Of a DNA stretch of 64,000 nucleotides, positions 36,927-45,736 are shown one piece after another. The position numbers were made by a program, and so were the translations under genes. The stretch covers positions 1,685 to 65,684 of the IMG/VR virus record IMGVR_UViG_3300036760_000139; one strand, given 5' to 3'. This DNA is from a virus (taxonomy: Duplodnaviria > Caudoviricetes). Positions within the stretch are counted from its first letter, which is position 1, and every line of letters begins with the position of its first letter. The notes under the pieces are model-generated. The model was given only the letters and a program-made list of their open reading frames with translations. It ran no database searches and was not told where the DNA came from.

Positions 36927-36934
36927 AGTAACCA

Positions 36935-37882
36935 ATGCAGATATACCGTGCCTTCCTTGGGAATGTCCCGGGCGGCCCGTATACCAAGTATTTGTATCCA
37001 ACCGGGTACGCGGACCCTGATGCGTTCGGCGCCCCGGTCGTCACTCGCGGGCACGTGGACCTGGCCCCGACCGGGTACGTGGACCCGGATGCCTTTGGCA
37101 GTCCGGCCGTCACCGCCCATGCGCACCTAGCCCCGACGGGATACACGGACCCGGATCTTTTCGGCGCCGTGAATGTGGGGCGGGGCATCCGCCCGACAGG
37201 GTACGCGGATGCCGATGCGTTCGGAGTGCCTGCGGTCACGGCGCACGCGCACCTTGCGCCCACGGGCTACTCGGATGCGGATGGCTTCGGAAGTCCGAGT
37301 CTGGCATGGCACTCGCACCTCGCGCCAGGCGGCTTCGCCGACGCCGACGGATTTGGGTCGCCTGCGGTCACTTGGCACAATGACCTGACGCCCACGGGGT
37401 ACGCGGACCCCGACTTGTTTGGGACGCCCGCGATCTCGGCTCATGCGCACTTGGCACCCACAGGGTACGCAGATCCGGATGGATTTGGGGCACCGGCGGT
37501 CACAGCCCATTACCACCTTGCGCCCACGGGTTACGTTGACGAGGACGCCTTCGGCACCCCGATCGTCACTCCTGGTCCCGTGGGTCTGTTCCCGGCGGGG
37601 TACAACGACCCGGATACCTTTGGTGCCCCGACGGTCACGGTCAAGAACTACCTGATCCAAGGTCACACCAGGGACAACGCCGGAGCGCCACTCGGCGGTT
37701 GTTCCTTCAACCTGTTCTACTCGGATACCGACATTCTGGCCGACAGTATGGTGTCGGGCGGGGACGGTTGGTACTCGTTCATCGTTGACCCGACCAAAGA
37801 CTACTACGGGGTGGCGTACAAGGACGGCACGCCGCCGGTCGCCGGGACCACGGTGAGAACGCTGAGGGGTATCCGCGAATGA
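36935..37882 (+). CDS. Second rope protein: ten ~22-aa repeats plus carboxypeptidase-regulatory-like domain
   Basis: LAPTGYxDxDxFGxPxV repeated 10 times; G.TRD..GAPLGG...SGGDG.YSF. Confidence 0.8.
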   Translation: MQIYRAFLGNVPGGPYTKYLYPTGYADPDAFGAPVVTRGHVDLAPTGYVDPDAFGSPAVTAHAHLAPTGYTDPDLFGAVNVGRGIRPTGYADADAFGVPAVTAHAHLAPTGYSDADGFGSPSLAWHSHLAPGGFADADGFGSPAVTWHNDLTPTGYADPDLFGTPAISAHAHLAPTGYADPDGFGAPAVTAHYHLAPTGYVDEDAFGTPIVTPGPVGLFPAGYNDPDTFGAPTVTVKNYLIQGHTRDNAGAPLGGCSFNLFYSDTDILADSMVSGGDGWYSFIVDPTKDYYGVAYKDGTPPVAGTTVRTLRGIRE

Positions 37883-38022
37883 TCGACGTGTACCTGTACC
37901 CCGGCGAACCGAACCCGATGGATGTAAGGCTCTCGGACCCCACGCAGCTCCGGGACCTTGAGTTGCCTCATGAGGAGGAGAGGCGTCGCACTCGTCAGCG
38001 TCCTCGCTGTCGTCGTCGTTAA
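37879..38022 (+). CDS. 47-aa peptide with an Arg-rich tail (not in the ORF track)
   Basis: ATGA overlap; MIDVYLYPGEPNPMDVRLSDPT...RRRTRQRPRCRRR. Confidence 0.6.
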   Translation: MIDVYLYPGEPNPMDVRLSDPTQLRDLELPHEEERRRTRQRPRCRRR

Positions 38023-38169
38023 GCACCAGTAACGCCACACAGTACGCATCGACCGTTGGGCGCGCCAACGACCTGACGGTTTTTGTTTTCGGGGCCCACC
38101 CATCCCGGGAGCCCCAATGACCCGCTGCCAACCCGTGTAACGGGAGCAGCAAGAAAGGAAGCAGCCATC

Positions 38170-39249
38170 ATGGCCAAGCGCCAAAGTGTCACCTCCGAGT
38201 CCACTCCCGAGCCGACCTCGGCCTACGAGATGGCGGACTCGCCGGCAGCTTTGTTTGCCCGCCCCGCACCCGCGGCAACCTCCACCGAGAAGCCCACTGA
38301 GGCCAACCTCGACGAGGAGCCCGGGAAGACGGACGACCAGAGTACCAAGGAGCCGGATGGCACCACCGAACCCGAAGTAGAACCGGAGTCACCAGAAGAG
38401 GGCAAAGAGAAGCCCCCGGATGCCAAGGTCGAGACCGTCGCGCCCAAGAAGTTCAAGCTGTGGACCGGGCGCGAGATCACGGCTGCGGAACTCGCCACCA
38501 ACCCCGAGTTGGTGGAGGACATCATCCAGACTGCGAACCAGTTCCCCAACCTCCAACGGAAGCACGTTGAGATGCTGGAGGCACTGGCCAAGCAGACAAC
38601 CGCCAAGCCGGACGGGAAACCGGCGGAGCGGCCGACGACCGAGCCAGAACCCAAGGCCATGTCCATTGACGAGGCGCGTGAAGCCTTCGTCAAGGAGATG
38701 ACGCCGAAGGTCGGAATCCTGGTCGAGCGCGGCCTGCTCACGCAGGACACGGTCGATGTGAACCCCGATCTCGCAACGCTGGCCGCCTACCTGATTCAAC
38801 AGGATCAGCGCAGGCAGGCGTTCGAGGCCGAGGTGAACAAGGCGTGGACCAACCTGTTCGTGCCGATGTTCAAGGCGGCCGAGGAAGCATACGGGAGCCA
38901 GCAGCAGCGGGAAAAGGACGTGAAGCTCGAAACACGGCTGACCGCCCTTGCCTCGTCGCACAGCGCGCTCAAGCCCCTGGGCGACACCGAAGTACGCAGT
39001 TCGTACATTCGCCACCTGCGCGAGACGGTAAAGGCAGAGGACGAAGCGATGGACGACCGCTTCCTGATGGGTCAGTTCCTCGCGTTCCAGGCAGATCCGA
39101 TGTTACAGGCGTTGGCGACCGTCGCCGAGGCCAGGGACAAGCAAGTTGCTCGTGACACGAAACGCGCCACGGGAGACGGCGGCGGCCCTGCCAAGACGAA
39201 GGTGCCGGGAAAGAACGCCGACATCAAGGACCTGTTCTCGGGCGGCTGA
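38170..39249 (+). CDS. Capsid scaffolding protein
   Basis: Acidic Pro-rich N-terminus, helical body, directly before the major capsid gene. Confidence 0.7.
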   Translation: MAKRQSVTSESTPEPTSAYEMADSPAALFARPAPAATSTEKPTEANLDEEPGKTDDQSTKEPDGTTEPEVEPESPEEGKEKPPDAKVETVAPKKFKLWTGREITAAELATNPELVEDIIQTANQFPNLQRKHVEMLEALAKQTTAKPDGKPAERPTTEPEPKAMSIDEAREAFVKEMTPKVGILVERGLLTQDTVDVNPDLATLAAYLIQQDQRRQAFEAEVNKAWTNLFVPMFKAAEEAYGSQQQREKDVKLETRLTALASSHSALKPLGDTEVRSSYIRHLRETVKAEDEAMDDRFLMGQFLAFQADPMLQALATVAEARDKQVARDTKRATGDGGGPAKTKVPGKNADIKDLFSGG

Positions 39250-39294
39250 GCCCGAACCTAACTCGCGCCGGGAGGCCAAACAGGAGTAACGAAC

Positions 39295-40470
39295 ATGGCT
39301 TTTCTCGGAATGCAACACTACGGAACCCTCGAGGAGCTGGAGCGCCCGAAGGCATGGCGCCAGGGCATCTACGAGGAGTACCCCAACGCAACTCCACTCT
39401 GCCACCTCACCTACCGGACCGGCAAGGAGAAGACCTCCGATGTCGAGTTCTTCTGGTATGAGCGCCGGTTCCCGACCCGTATCATGACGGTCGCCACCGC
39501 GCCCGGCACCGGCAGTGCCGGTGACACCGACGCGCTGGTTGTCGATGCGGGCGAGGCGTACAACTCCAAGAAGGACAGCCTCCTCATCTCGCTCTCGACG
39601 TATGAGCGCGCGTTGGTGTTGGCTGATACGGCCGACGGCATCACGCTGAGCATCAAGCGCGGCGTGGGCATCACCGGGGCGGTCGCCGACTGGGCCATCG
39701 ACACCAAGGTAGCGGTCTTTTCAACGGCCATCGCCTCGGGTGCCGACGTTGGCACGGCGATCAACTTCGCACCGGTCAAGAAGCAGGGCGCGTGCCAGAT
39801 TTTCAGGAACGTCGCTGACGTAACCCGTACCCTCAACAAGACCCTCACCCGCACCGGCAACAAGTTCAAGGATGCGCAGAAGAACTCCCTGCTCCTCCAT
39901 GAACTTGACAAGGAAGGCGTGGCTCTGTGGGGAATCAGGTCTGAGGATCTCACCGCAAGTCCCGGCCCCCGGTATACCTCTGACGGCCTGTTTGCGAAGA
40001 TCGAAACCAACATCGTTGACTTCACGGCCGGCCTGACCCTCAAGGGTTGGAACACGTACATCGCCAATGTCCTGTCCAAGGGCAGCGACGAGAAGATTCT
40101 GTACGCCGGCTCTGACCTGATCGGCGCCATCAACGACATGGCGCGGATGTACACGTTCCAGTGGGAGCAGATGTCCAAGCAGGACACCTTCGGCCAGGAC
40201 ATCACCGTGCTGCGGTCTCCGGGCGGAAAGCGCCTGGCGATCCAGGAGCACAGGCTCATGACCGAGAACCCCACGTTCAAGTCCTGGGGGTTTGTCGTGG
40301 ACCCCGACGCGATCTACTACCGCGTCGTGGACGATACCGAGTGGCTGCCGAACCGTGAGGACAACGGTGCCGACCGGATCATCGGCGAGTACCTGGCTGA
40401 GGTCGGATTCGAGATCCAGCAGGAGTACCGCCACGGCGTCATCAAGAACTGCTCCACGTTCCTCGGCTAA
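39295..40470 (+). CDS. Major capsid protein (SU10/DUF5309-like)
   Basis: F.W.E, QIFR...VT.T, E...LWG, E.GFE......HG. Confidence 0.8.
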   Translation: MAFLGMQHYGTLEELERPKAWRQGIYEEYPNATPLCHLTYRTGKEKTSDVEFFWYERRFPTRIMTVATAPGTGSAGDTDALVVDAGEAYNSKKDSLLISLSTYERALVLADTADGITLSIKRGVGITGAVADWAIDTKVAVFSTAIASGADVGTAINFAPVKKQGACQIFRNVADVTRTLNKTLTRTGNKFKDAQKNSLLLHELDKEGVALWGIRSEDLTASPGPRYTSDGLFAKIETNIVDFTAGLTLKGWNTYIANVLSKGSDEKILYAGSDLIGAINDMARMYTFQWEQMSKQDTFGQDITVLRSPGGKRLAIQEHRLMTENPTFKSWGFVVDPDAIYYRVVDDTEWLPNREDNGADRIIGEYLAEVGFEIQQEYRHGVIKNCSTFLG

Positions 40471-40544
40471 ACACCCGTCAACGCAGCACTAGTGCGAGGG
40501 GGGCGGCTTAACCGCTCCCCTCGCTGCACCAAAGGAGGATTCAA

Positions 40545-41246
40545 ATGGCTAAGGGTAACACTACTTTCGGAACCCCTGTCTTCGCAAAGCCGGAGTGGGG
40601 GGGGCTCAAGAAGGTGTACGGCAAGGTCACGCTCGTCGATAACTACGAGACGGGCGGCTACGACTTTGCGCTCGACACCATCCTCAACCTCGGCGACGTT
40701 CTGTTCGTGGGCCTGCCGCCAACCGTACTCGGGTATATCCCGGAAGCAAACCTCACCACCGACAAGCTCCTGTTCTACATGGCCGGAGTCGGGGCGGGGG
40801 CAAACATCATCGACCGTAAGGCCGTCGAGGCCGCCAAGGCTGCGGTTGCCATTTCGCAGACGGCCGCCGAGGTCTTCCAGTACACCGTACCAGAGAACGC
40901 ATCTCTGGTCAGCGTACGGGTCTACTGCACGGCCACTGCCGCAACCGCATCCGTGGATGTCAAGAAGCAGGGCACCACTGTTCTGACTGGCACGGTGACC
41001 CCGGTTGCGGGTAGCGACGTAGCAGGCACCCTCACCGGCGGTGCTGCGGCACTTACGGCCGCCGACGTACTGACCGTACTCGTCACCACGAACGGGTCCG
41101 GCACGATCACTGACCTCCAGGTGGTACTCGAAATCGAGACCCTGCGGGCAGTGTCCTTGGCTGGTGGACTGACGCAGCTCACCGACAACAGTGCAGTCCT
41201 CGCGGGACAGGTTGTGTCCTTCGAGGTAATCCACAGGGGAGTCTAA
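40545..41246 (+). CDS. Capsid decoration/cement-like protein
   Basis: Y.TGG motif; follows the capsid gene after a GC hairpin. Confidence 0.55.
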   Translation: MAKGNTTFGTPVFAKPEWGGLKKVYGKVTLVDNYETGGYDFALDTILNLGDVLFVGLPPTVLGYIPEANLTTDKLLFYMAGVGAGANIIDRKAVEAAKAAVAISQTAAEVFQYTVPENASLVSVRVYCTATAATASVDVKKQGTTVLTGTVTPVAGSDVAGTLTGGAAALTAADVLTVLVTTNGSGTITDLQVVLEIETLRAVSLAGGLTQLTDNSAVLAGQVVSFEVIHRGV

Positions 41247-41247
41247 C

Positions 41248-41892
41248 ATGACGGCCCCCAAAACCTACCGCTGTCTTTCCTACCCCTCACTCCAGCTCGG
41301 CGAGCTCAAGTTCGAGAACGGCACCTTCACTACCGCCGAACCCCGAGAGCAACGCTTCGTCGAGCGGCACCCGGAGTTCATCCGGGGCGCGATCAAGGTT
41401 GCTGACGGGTTCCAGGTGGCGGGGGCCGCTTTTTCTACCGAGATGCGACTGGACCCGGCGGTGCGCAACAACGAATTTCCGAACTTCGTCCCCGAACCCA
41501 TTCCCCCGCCTGATCCCAGGTTGCTAAAGATGCACGGCCTACTTCCTCCAGAACCTATCCCAGAACCCGTCCCGGAACTTCCCCCGGAACCCACGTTGAC
41601 CTCTGAAGAGAAAGTGGCCCTCGACAAGATCATCAACGGAGAACTGCCGCCCGTGATCCAGCCGGAGGACATCCCGCCGGACGGTCCCGTGTTGAGCGAT
41701 GAGGAATTCGACAAGATCACGGCAGAGACGCAAGCCGCCGTGGTGCAGCCCGGGAAGTTGCCCTACCCGTCGATCGCCCGCCGGTGGGGAATCGCGCGTC
41801 TCATCAAGTTCGCCAAGGACCGCGGGATTGCACTCCCCGAGACCGTGACCAAGGACATGATGATCGACCTGCTGTACCCGGACGCGGAGTAA
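41248..41892 (+). CDS. Hypothetical Pro-rich protein with a C-terminal HeH-like motif
   Basis: LIKFAKDRGI.L....TKD.MI..L. Confidence 0.55.
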   Translation: MTAPKTYRCLSYPSLQLGELKFENGTFTTAEPREQRFVERHPEFIRGAIKVADGFQVAGAAFSTEMRLDPAVRNNEFPNFVPEPIPPPDPRLLKMHGLLPPEPIPEPVPELPPEPTLTSEEKVALDKIINGELPPVIQPEDIPPDGPVLSDEEFDKITAETQAAVVQPGKLPYPSIARRWGIARLIKFAKDRGIALPETVTKDMMIDLLYPDAE

Positions 41893-41895
41893 CCC

Positions 41896-42546
41896 ATGAC
41901 TCGCGGCGAGATCAAGGCTCACGTCCGAGGGTGGCTCGGCATCCCATCTAACGACACCCGGCGCCTGCCCGAGACCACACTCCACAACTGCATCACCGAC
42001 GCAATCGAGAGCATCTGCGTCCGTCGCAACTGGCCTTTCCTGCTCACTCAAATTACGCCCACCGAAACCCTCACCGCAGGCGAGTGGCAGGTGGAACTTC
42101 CAGACGACTTTGCGCGACCGTTTCTCGTCCTCATCAAGTCGGGTGCGGAGGAACCGTTTGAACCCGAGGCCGCCACCTACGAAGAGTTGCTTGCGGCGTA
42201 TCCCGACCCGACCAACTCGGCAACATGGGGGGAACCCAGCGTCGCGGCGCTCGTCGGCCGGACCATATTGGCCTTCGGACCTCCGGCGCAGAGCACCGTT
42301 ACCGTGCTGTGCCACTACTACAAGTTCCCCGAGGTACTCGCCGACGACGACGAGGACAACGAGGTCACGACCAACCTGGCGCGCGCCGTCAAGTGGTTTG
42401 CGACCGCCGAGGCCGCCGACTACATCTTTGAGTCGCAGCGCGGCGAACTCGCCAGGGCTAAGGGCGAAATGGCACTTGCCGAGGTGGAGATCGACTTGAC
42501 CGACGCCGCGCGCCTCAACCAGACACCACAGATCGAAGAACCCTAG
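41896..42546 (+). CDS. Head-tail adaptor (tail tubular protein A-like)
   Basis: MTRGEI, WPFL, LP.DF, G.P, F.PP pattern. Confidence 0.7.
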   Translation: MTRGEIKAHVRGWLGIPSNDTRRLPETTLHNCITDAIESICVRRNWPFLLTQITPTETLTAGEWQVELPDDFARPFLVLIKSGAEEPFEPEAATYEELLAAYPDPTNSATWGEPSVAALVGRTILAFGPPAQSTVTVLCHYYKFPEVLADDDEDNEVTTNLARAVKWFATAEAADYIFESQRGELARAKGEMALAEVEIDLTDAARLNQTPQIEEP

Positions 42547-42555
42547 GAGACGCAG

Positions 42556-43395
42556 ATGGTCTACCGCCTCAAGACAGCCCGACTCGACGACCAGGACATC
42601 GGCGACCTCATTGACAATGCACTCGGCGAAGCCGAGGTCAATGCGGCAGGCTTGATCGGGGTCAACCCGGATCAGGACTATGCGAGTGCGCACGACCATG
42701 GTGCCGTGGGAGGTGTTCAGGTTTCCCACGTTGACCTCGCCAGCAAGGGTACGGCCACCCACGCGCAGATCGACTCCCACATTGCGAGTACCAGCAACCC
42801 GCACGTGGTCACGGCGGCACAGGCCGGAGCTGACCCGGCCGGCACCGGGCACACGGAGGCCGGGGCGCACGTCGCGGCACACGAGGCCGCAGGCGATCCG
42901 CACACCGGATACCAGAAGGAGTCTGAGAAGGGTACTGCCGGAGGTTACGCCGGACTCAACGCAAGCAGTCAACTTGCGTACAACATGCTGCTGAATGCGG
43001 ACCCCGGAACCGGAGCGGCGTCGGGGGTCGTAGATCCCGGGGTTGCAGGGGAAACCCTCGCGTTCGGTGATGCGGCCTACTACGAGGTTACTACCTCCCG
43101 ATGGTGGAAGACGGACGCAGACGCGGCGGCCACCGCTGGGCCGGTTCGGGTCGCTATCTGCCTGACTGCGGCATCGGCCGCCGGGGCCATCGTCCTCCTC
43201 GATCTTGGCTACATCGAACTCTCAAGTTGGTCGTGGGCCACGGTCGGGGCACCCGTTTACCTGTCGGGCACGGCCGGTGCCCTGACGCTGACCGCGCCGA
43301 CCGGCACCGGGAAGATCGTGCGGCCCGTGGGGACCGTCCACGATGCGACGACCCTGTTCATCAATGCGCCGCTGGTGTGGGTGGAGTTGGCGTAA
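42556..43395 (+). CDS. Fibre/spike protein with a cement-like C-terminal domain
   Basis: His-rich HIA..SNPH.VT; AGE.L..G, G.PVYLS...G.LT.TAP. Confidence 0.6.
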   Translation: MVYRLKTARLDDQDIGDLIDNALGEAEVNAAGLIGVNPDQDYASAHDHGAVGGVQVSHVDLASKGTATHAQIDSHIASTSNPHVVTAAQAGADPAGTGHTEAGAHVAAHEAAGDPHTGYQKESEKGTAGGYAGLNASSQLAYNMLLNADPGTGAASGVVDPGVAGETLAFGDAAYYEVTTSRWWKTDADAAATAGPVRVAICLTAASAAGAIVLLDLGYIELSSWSWATVGAPVYLSGTAGALTLTAPTGTGKIVRPVGTVHDATTLFINAPLVWVELA

Positions 43396-44009
43396 TGGCG
43401 AGCCAGGGCCCGCTAATGCCCGCTACCTACACTACGGTCTATGACTACAGCAGGCCGTGGGTCAACCACGAGAACATCCAAGTTGAGGACGGCATTTTTT
43501 CAACAAATCAACACGCCCTTCCGTACGGATGGTCCGCGGATGCCGTTCGTCTAACGAATTTCGGCTTTTCAATCCCCACCGATGCAACGATTGGCGGCAT
43601 TCTTCTTGAGGTCAAGGCGAAGTGCAATTACTATGCCGACTATCCAAATTACCAACACGCGTCACATTCAGCGTGGCTTTGGTGGGGCGGGGCGCTGCAC
43701 GGAAACAATCAATACTCTGCCGCCTGGGGAACCACACTCTCGGTGATTTCCATCGGGGGGACAAACAACAAATGGGGGGCCTCTCCCACTCCCGCGAATT
43801 TTAACGATTCGGGGTTTGGCATCTACTTCAATTCGGGGTATGAGTCTTTTGCAACCGATGATGCGATCCTTTCGATTGATGTCGTCAAGATGACCGTCTA
43901 CTACACGTTGGCCGGCTACAAGCACAAGGTTTCCGGTGTTCCCGCCGCCAACATCGCCAAGATCATGGGTATCCCCATCGCCAACGTCGGCAAGTTCTGT
44001 GGAGTCTAG
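43395..44009 (+). CDS. Minor virion protein
   Basis: TNFGFSIP..ATI.GI..EV, GG....WG; C-terminal GVPAANIAKIMG repeats. Confidence 0.6.
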   Translation: MASQGPLMPATYTTVYDYSRPWVNHENIQVEDGIFSTNQHALPYGWSADAVRLTNFGFSIPTDATIGGILLEVKAKCNYYADYPNYQHASHSAWLWWGGALHGNNQYSAAWGTTLSVISIGGTNNKWGASPTPANFNDSGFGIYFNSGYESFATDDAILSIDVVKMTVYYTLAGYKHKVSGVPAANIAKIMGIPIANVGKFCGV

Positions 44010-44012
44010 CCC

Positions 44013-45545
44013 GTGCCTACCTCTCTCCCCCTGGTCCCGTGCCTCCCGAGCAAGGGCGGCATCCGCCGTGACCTGTCACGCCTCGAGGCTGCGTGGGATT
44101 TCTACTCCGACTGCGAGAACGTCATCTACCACCGGGGAGAGTCCCGTGTGCGCCACGGACTTGCGAAGTTCGGGGACGCGCTCGGCCAGCGCCCCGTCGG
44201 GATGGTCTCGTACCCTTGCGAGGATGAGCAGGCGCGACTTGTGGTCCTAACCGACACCGGGATGGCCCACTACGACATCGGTGATGGTACTTGGACCGAC
44301 CTGACGGACCCGGACAACCTACTCACCGGGGGAGCAGGGAACCTCGGTGTGTTCCGCGTTTTCCTAGGTAGTGTGTCTCTGCTGACGATCGCCGTCAATG
44401 GCAAGGATGAGCCGGTTGTCTGGGAGAACGAGGACGCCGCCCACTACCGGAAACTCGACTGCGAGACGCCGCGCACCGCGCTGTGCCAGGTCGTGTGCGG
44501 CGACCGCCTGGTGTTCGGGAACATCCGCGAACTGGCCGCCAACGGCATTGACTTCTCGGCGTTCAACGACCCGGATCATGGGTGGGGGAGCAACGAACTG
44601 CTCCTCGGCGACACGCCTGGGGACATCGTTGCGATGCGCGAGTTCGGCAATCTCGCGTTTGTGGTCTACAAGTCTGACGCCACCTACATCGGGAAAGCCA
44701 CCGGTGGTCCCGAGACCTTCGCCTTCGAACTCAAGAGTGCATACAACGTCGGCCCCGTAGGGCCGAATGCCGTGCTGTCGATGGGCGAGGGGCTTCACCT
44801 GTACCTCGGGTCTGATGGTGGAGTCTACAAATTCGACGGCGTGCAGCCCGTGGTACTCAGCGAACCCCTGCGCGTCTACATCGCGCAACGTCTCGACCCC
44901 GCACGAATGGGCCGCTCATTTGCGTTCATGGACCCCGAGACCAACCTTGCGTGGTTCTTGTTTCCGGTCAAGGGCAGTGACGAGATCAACTCGGCGGTGA
45001 TCGTGGACCTGGCTGGCGGCGCGGCGTGGCCGATGCGCTGGCCCGATCGCGGTCTGTCGTGTGGCATCGCGGCGCAGGCGCAGTCCGGTATCCGAATCGG
45101 CGACCTTCCGCGCATCTGCGACATGACCATGACCTTCGCCGAGCTGGTGTCGGCGGTTCCCGCAGTGATTCTTGGGGGCGTGGGCGGGCAGTGTTACCGG
45201 GAGTCGGGGTACACCGACGACAGCGATGCGATCCCGTTCTTCTTCGAGACCGGCGACAAGCCCCTCGGCAACATGACCGCGCTCAACCCCGTGACCCACT
45301 CGACCCACCGATTCAAGCCTACTGCGTCCGCTCAGGTAGTTGGATTTGAGATCGGCGTGTCGGTGGATGGCGAGTCCCTGGAGTGGGAAGGTGAGCAGAC
45401 GTTCGACCTGTCCGAGTCGGGGGCACACGAGCTCGGGCACCGGGTCTCGGGTCTCACCTATGCCCTGAGATTCAGCGGGCAGGCCACGCAGCCGGTGACC
45501 TGGCTCATTTCGCAGATCGGCGCCTATGAGGGAGGAATCCGGTGA
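44013..45545 (+). CDS. Tail nozzle/stabilization protein (beta-propeller)
   Basis: 510 aa, propeller-like repeats, podoviral position. Confidence 0.7.
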   Translation: MPTSLPLVPCLPSKGGIRRDLSRLEAAWDFYSDCENVIYHRGESRVRHGLAKFGDALGQRPVGMVSYPCEDEQARLVVLTDTGMAHYDIGDGTWTDLTDPDNLLTGGAGNLGVFRVFLGSVSLLTIAVNGKDEPVVWENEDAAHYRKLDCETPRTALCQVVCGDRLVFGNIRELAANGIDFSAFNDPDHGWGSNELLLGDTPGDIVAMREFGNLAFVVYKSDATYIGKATGGPETFAFELKSAYNVGPVGPNAVLSMGEGLHLYLGSDGGVYKFDGVQPVVLSEPLRVYIAQRLDPARMGRSFAFMDPETNLAWFLFPVKGSDEINSAVIVDLAGGAAWPMRWPDRGLSCGIAAQAQSGIRIGDLPRICDMTMTFAELVSAVPAVILGGVGGQCYRESGYTDDSDAIPFFFETGDKPLGNMTALNPVTHSTHRFKPTASAQVVGFEIGVSVDGESLEWEGEQTFDLSESGAHELGHRVSGLTYALRFSGQATQPVTWLISQIGAYEGGIR

Positions 45546-45736
45546 CACTTCCCCTTTTCCTGCCGCAGCCACCGGCCAACGTGTTGCAGATCCCCGACTA
45601 TCTTCGGCGACTCAACGTGGCCATCCAATCACTCTACACGCAACTTGCGGGGGCGACGGCGAGTTACAACCTCGACGGCGGGATGGCCGCCTCGGTATAC
45701 ACCCCGGGGCAGTTCATTGATGGCGGGGGGGCGTAG

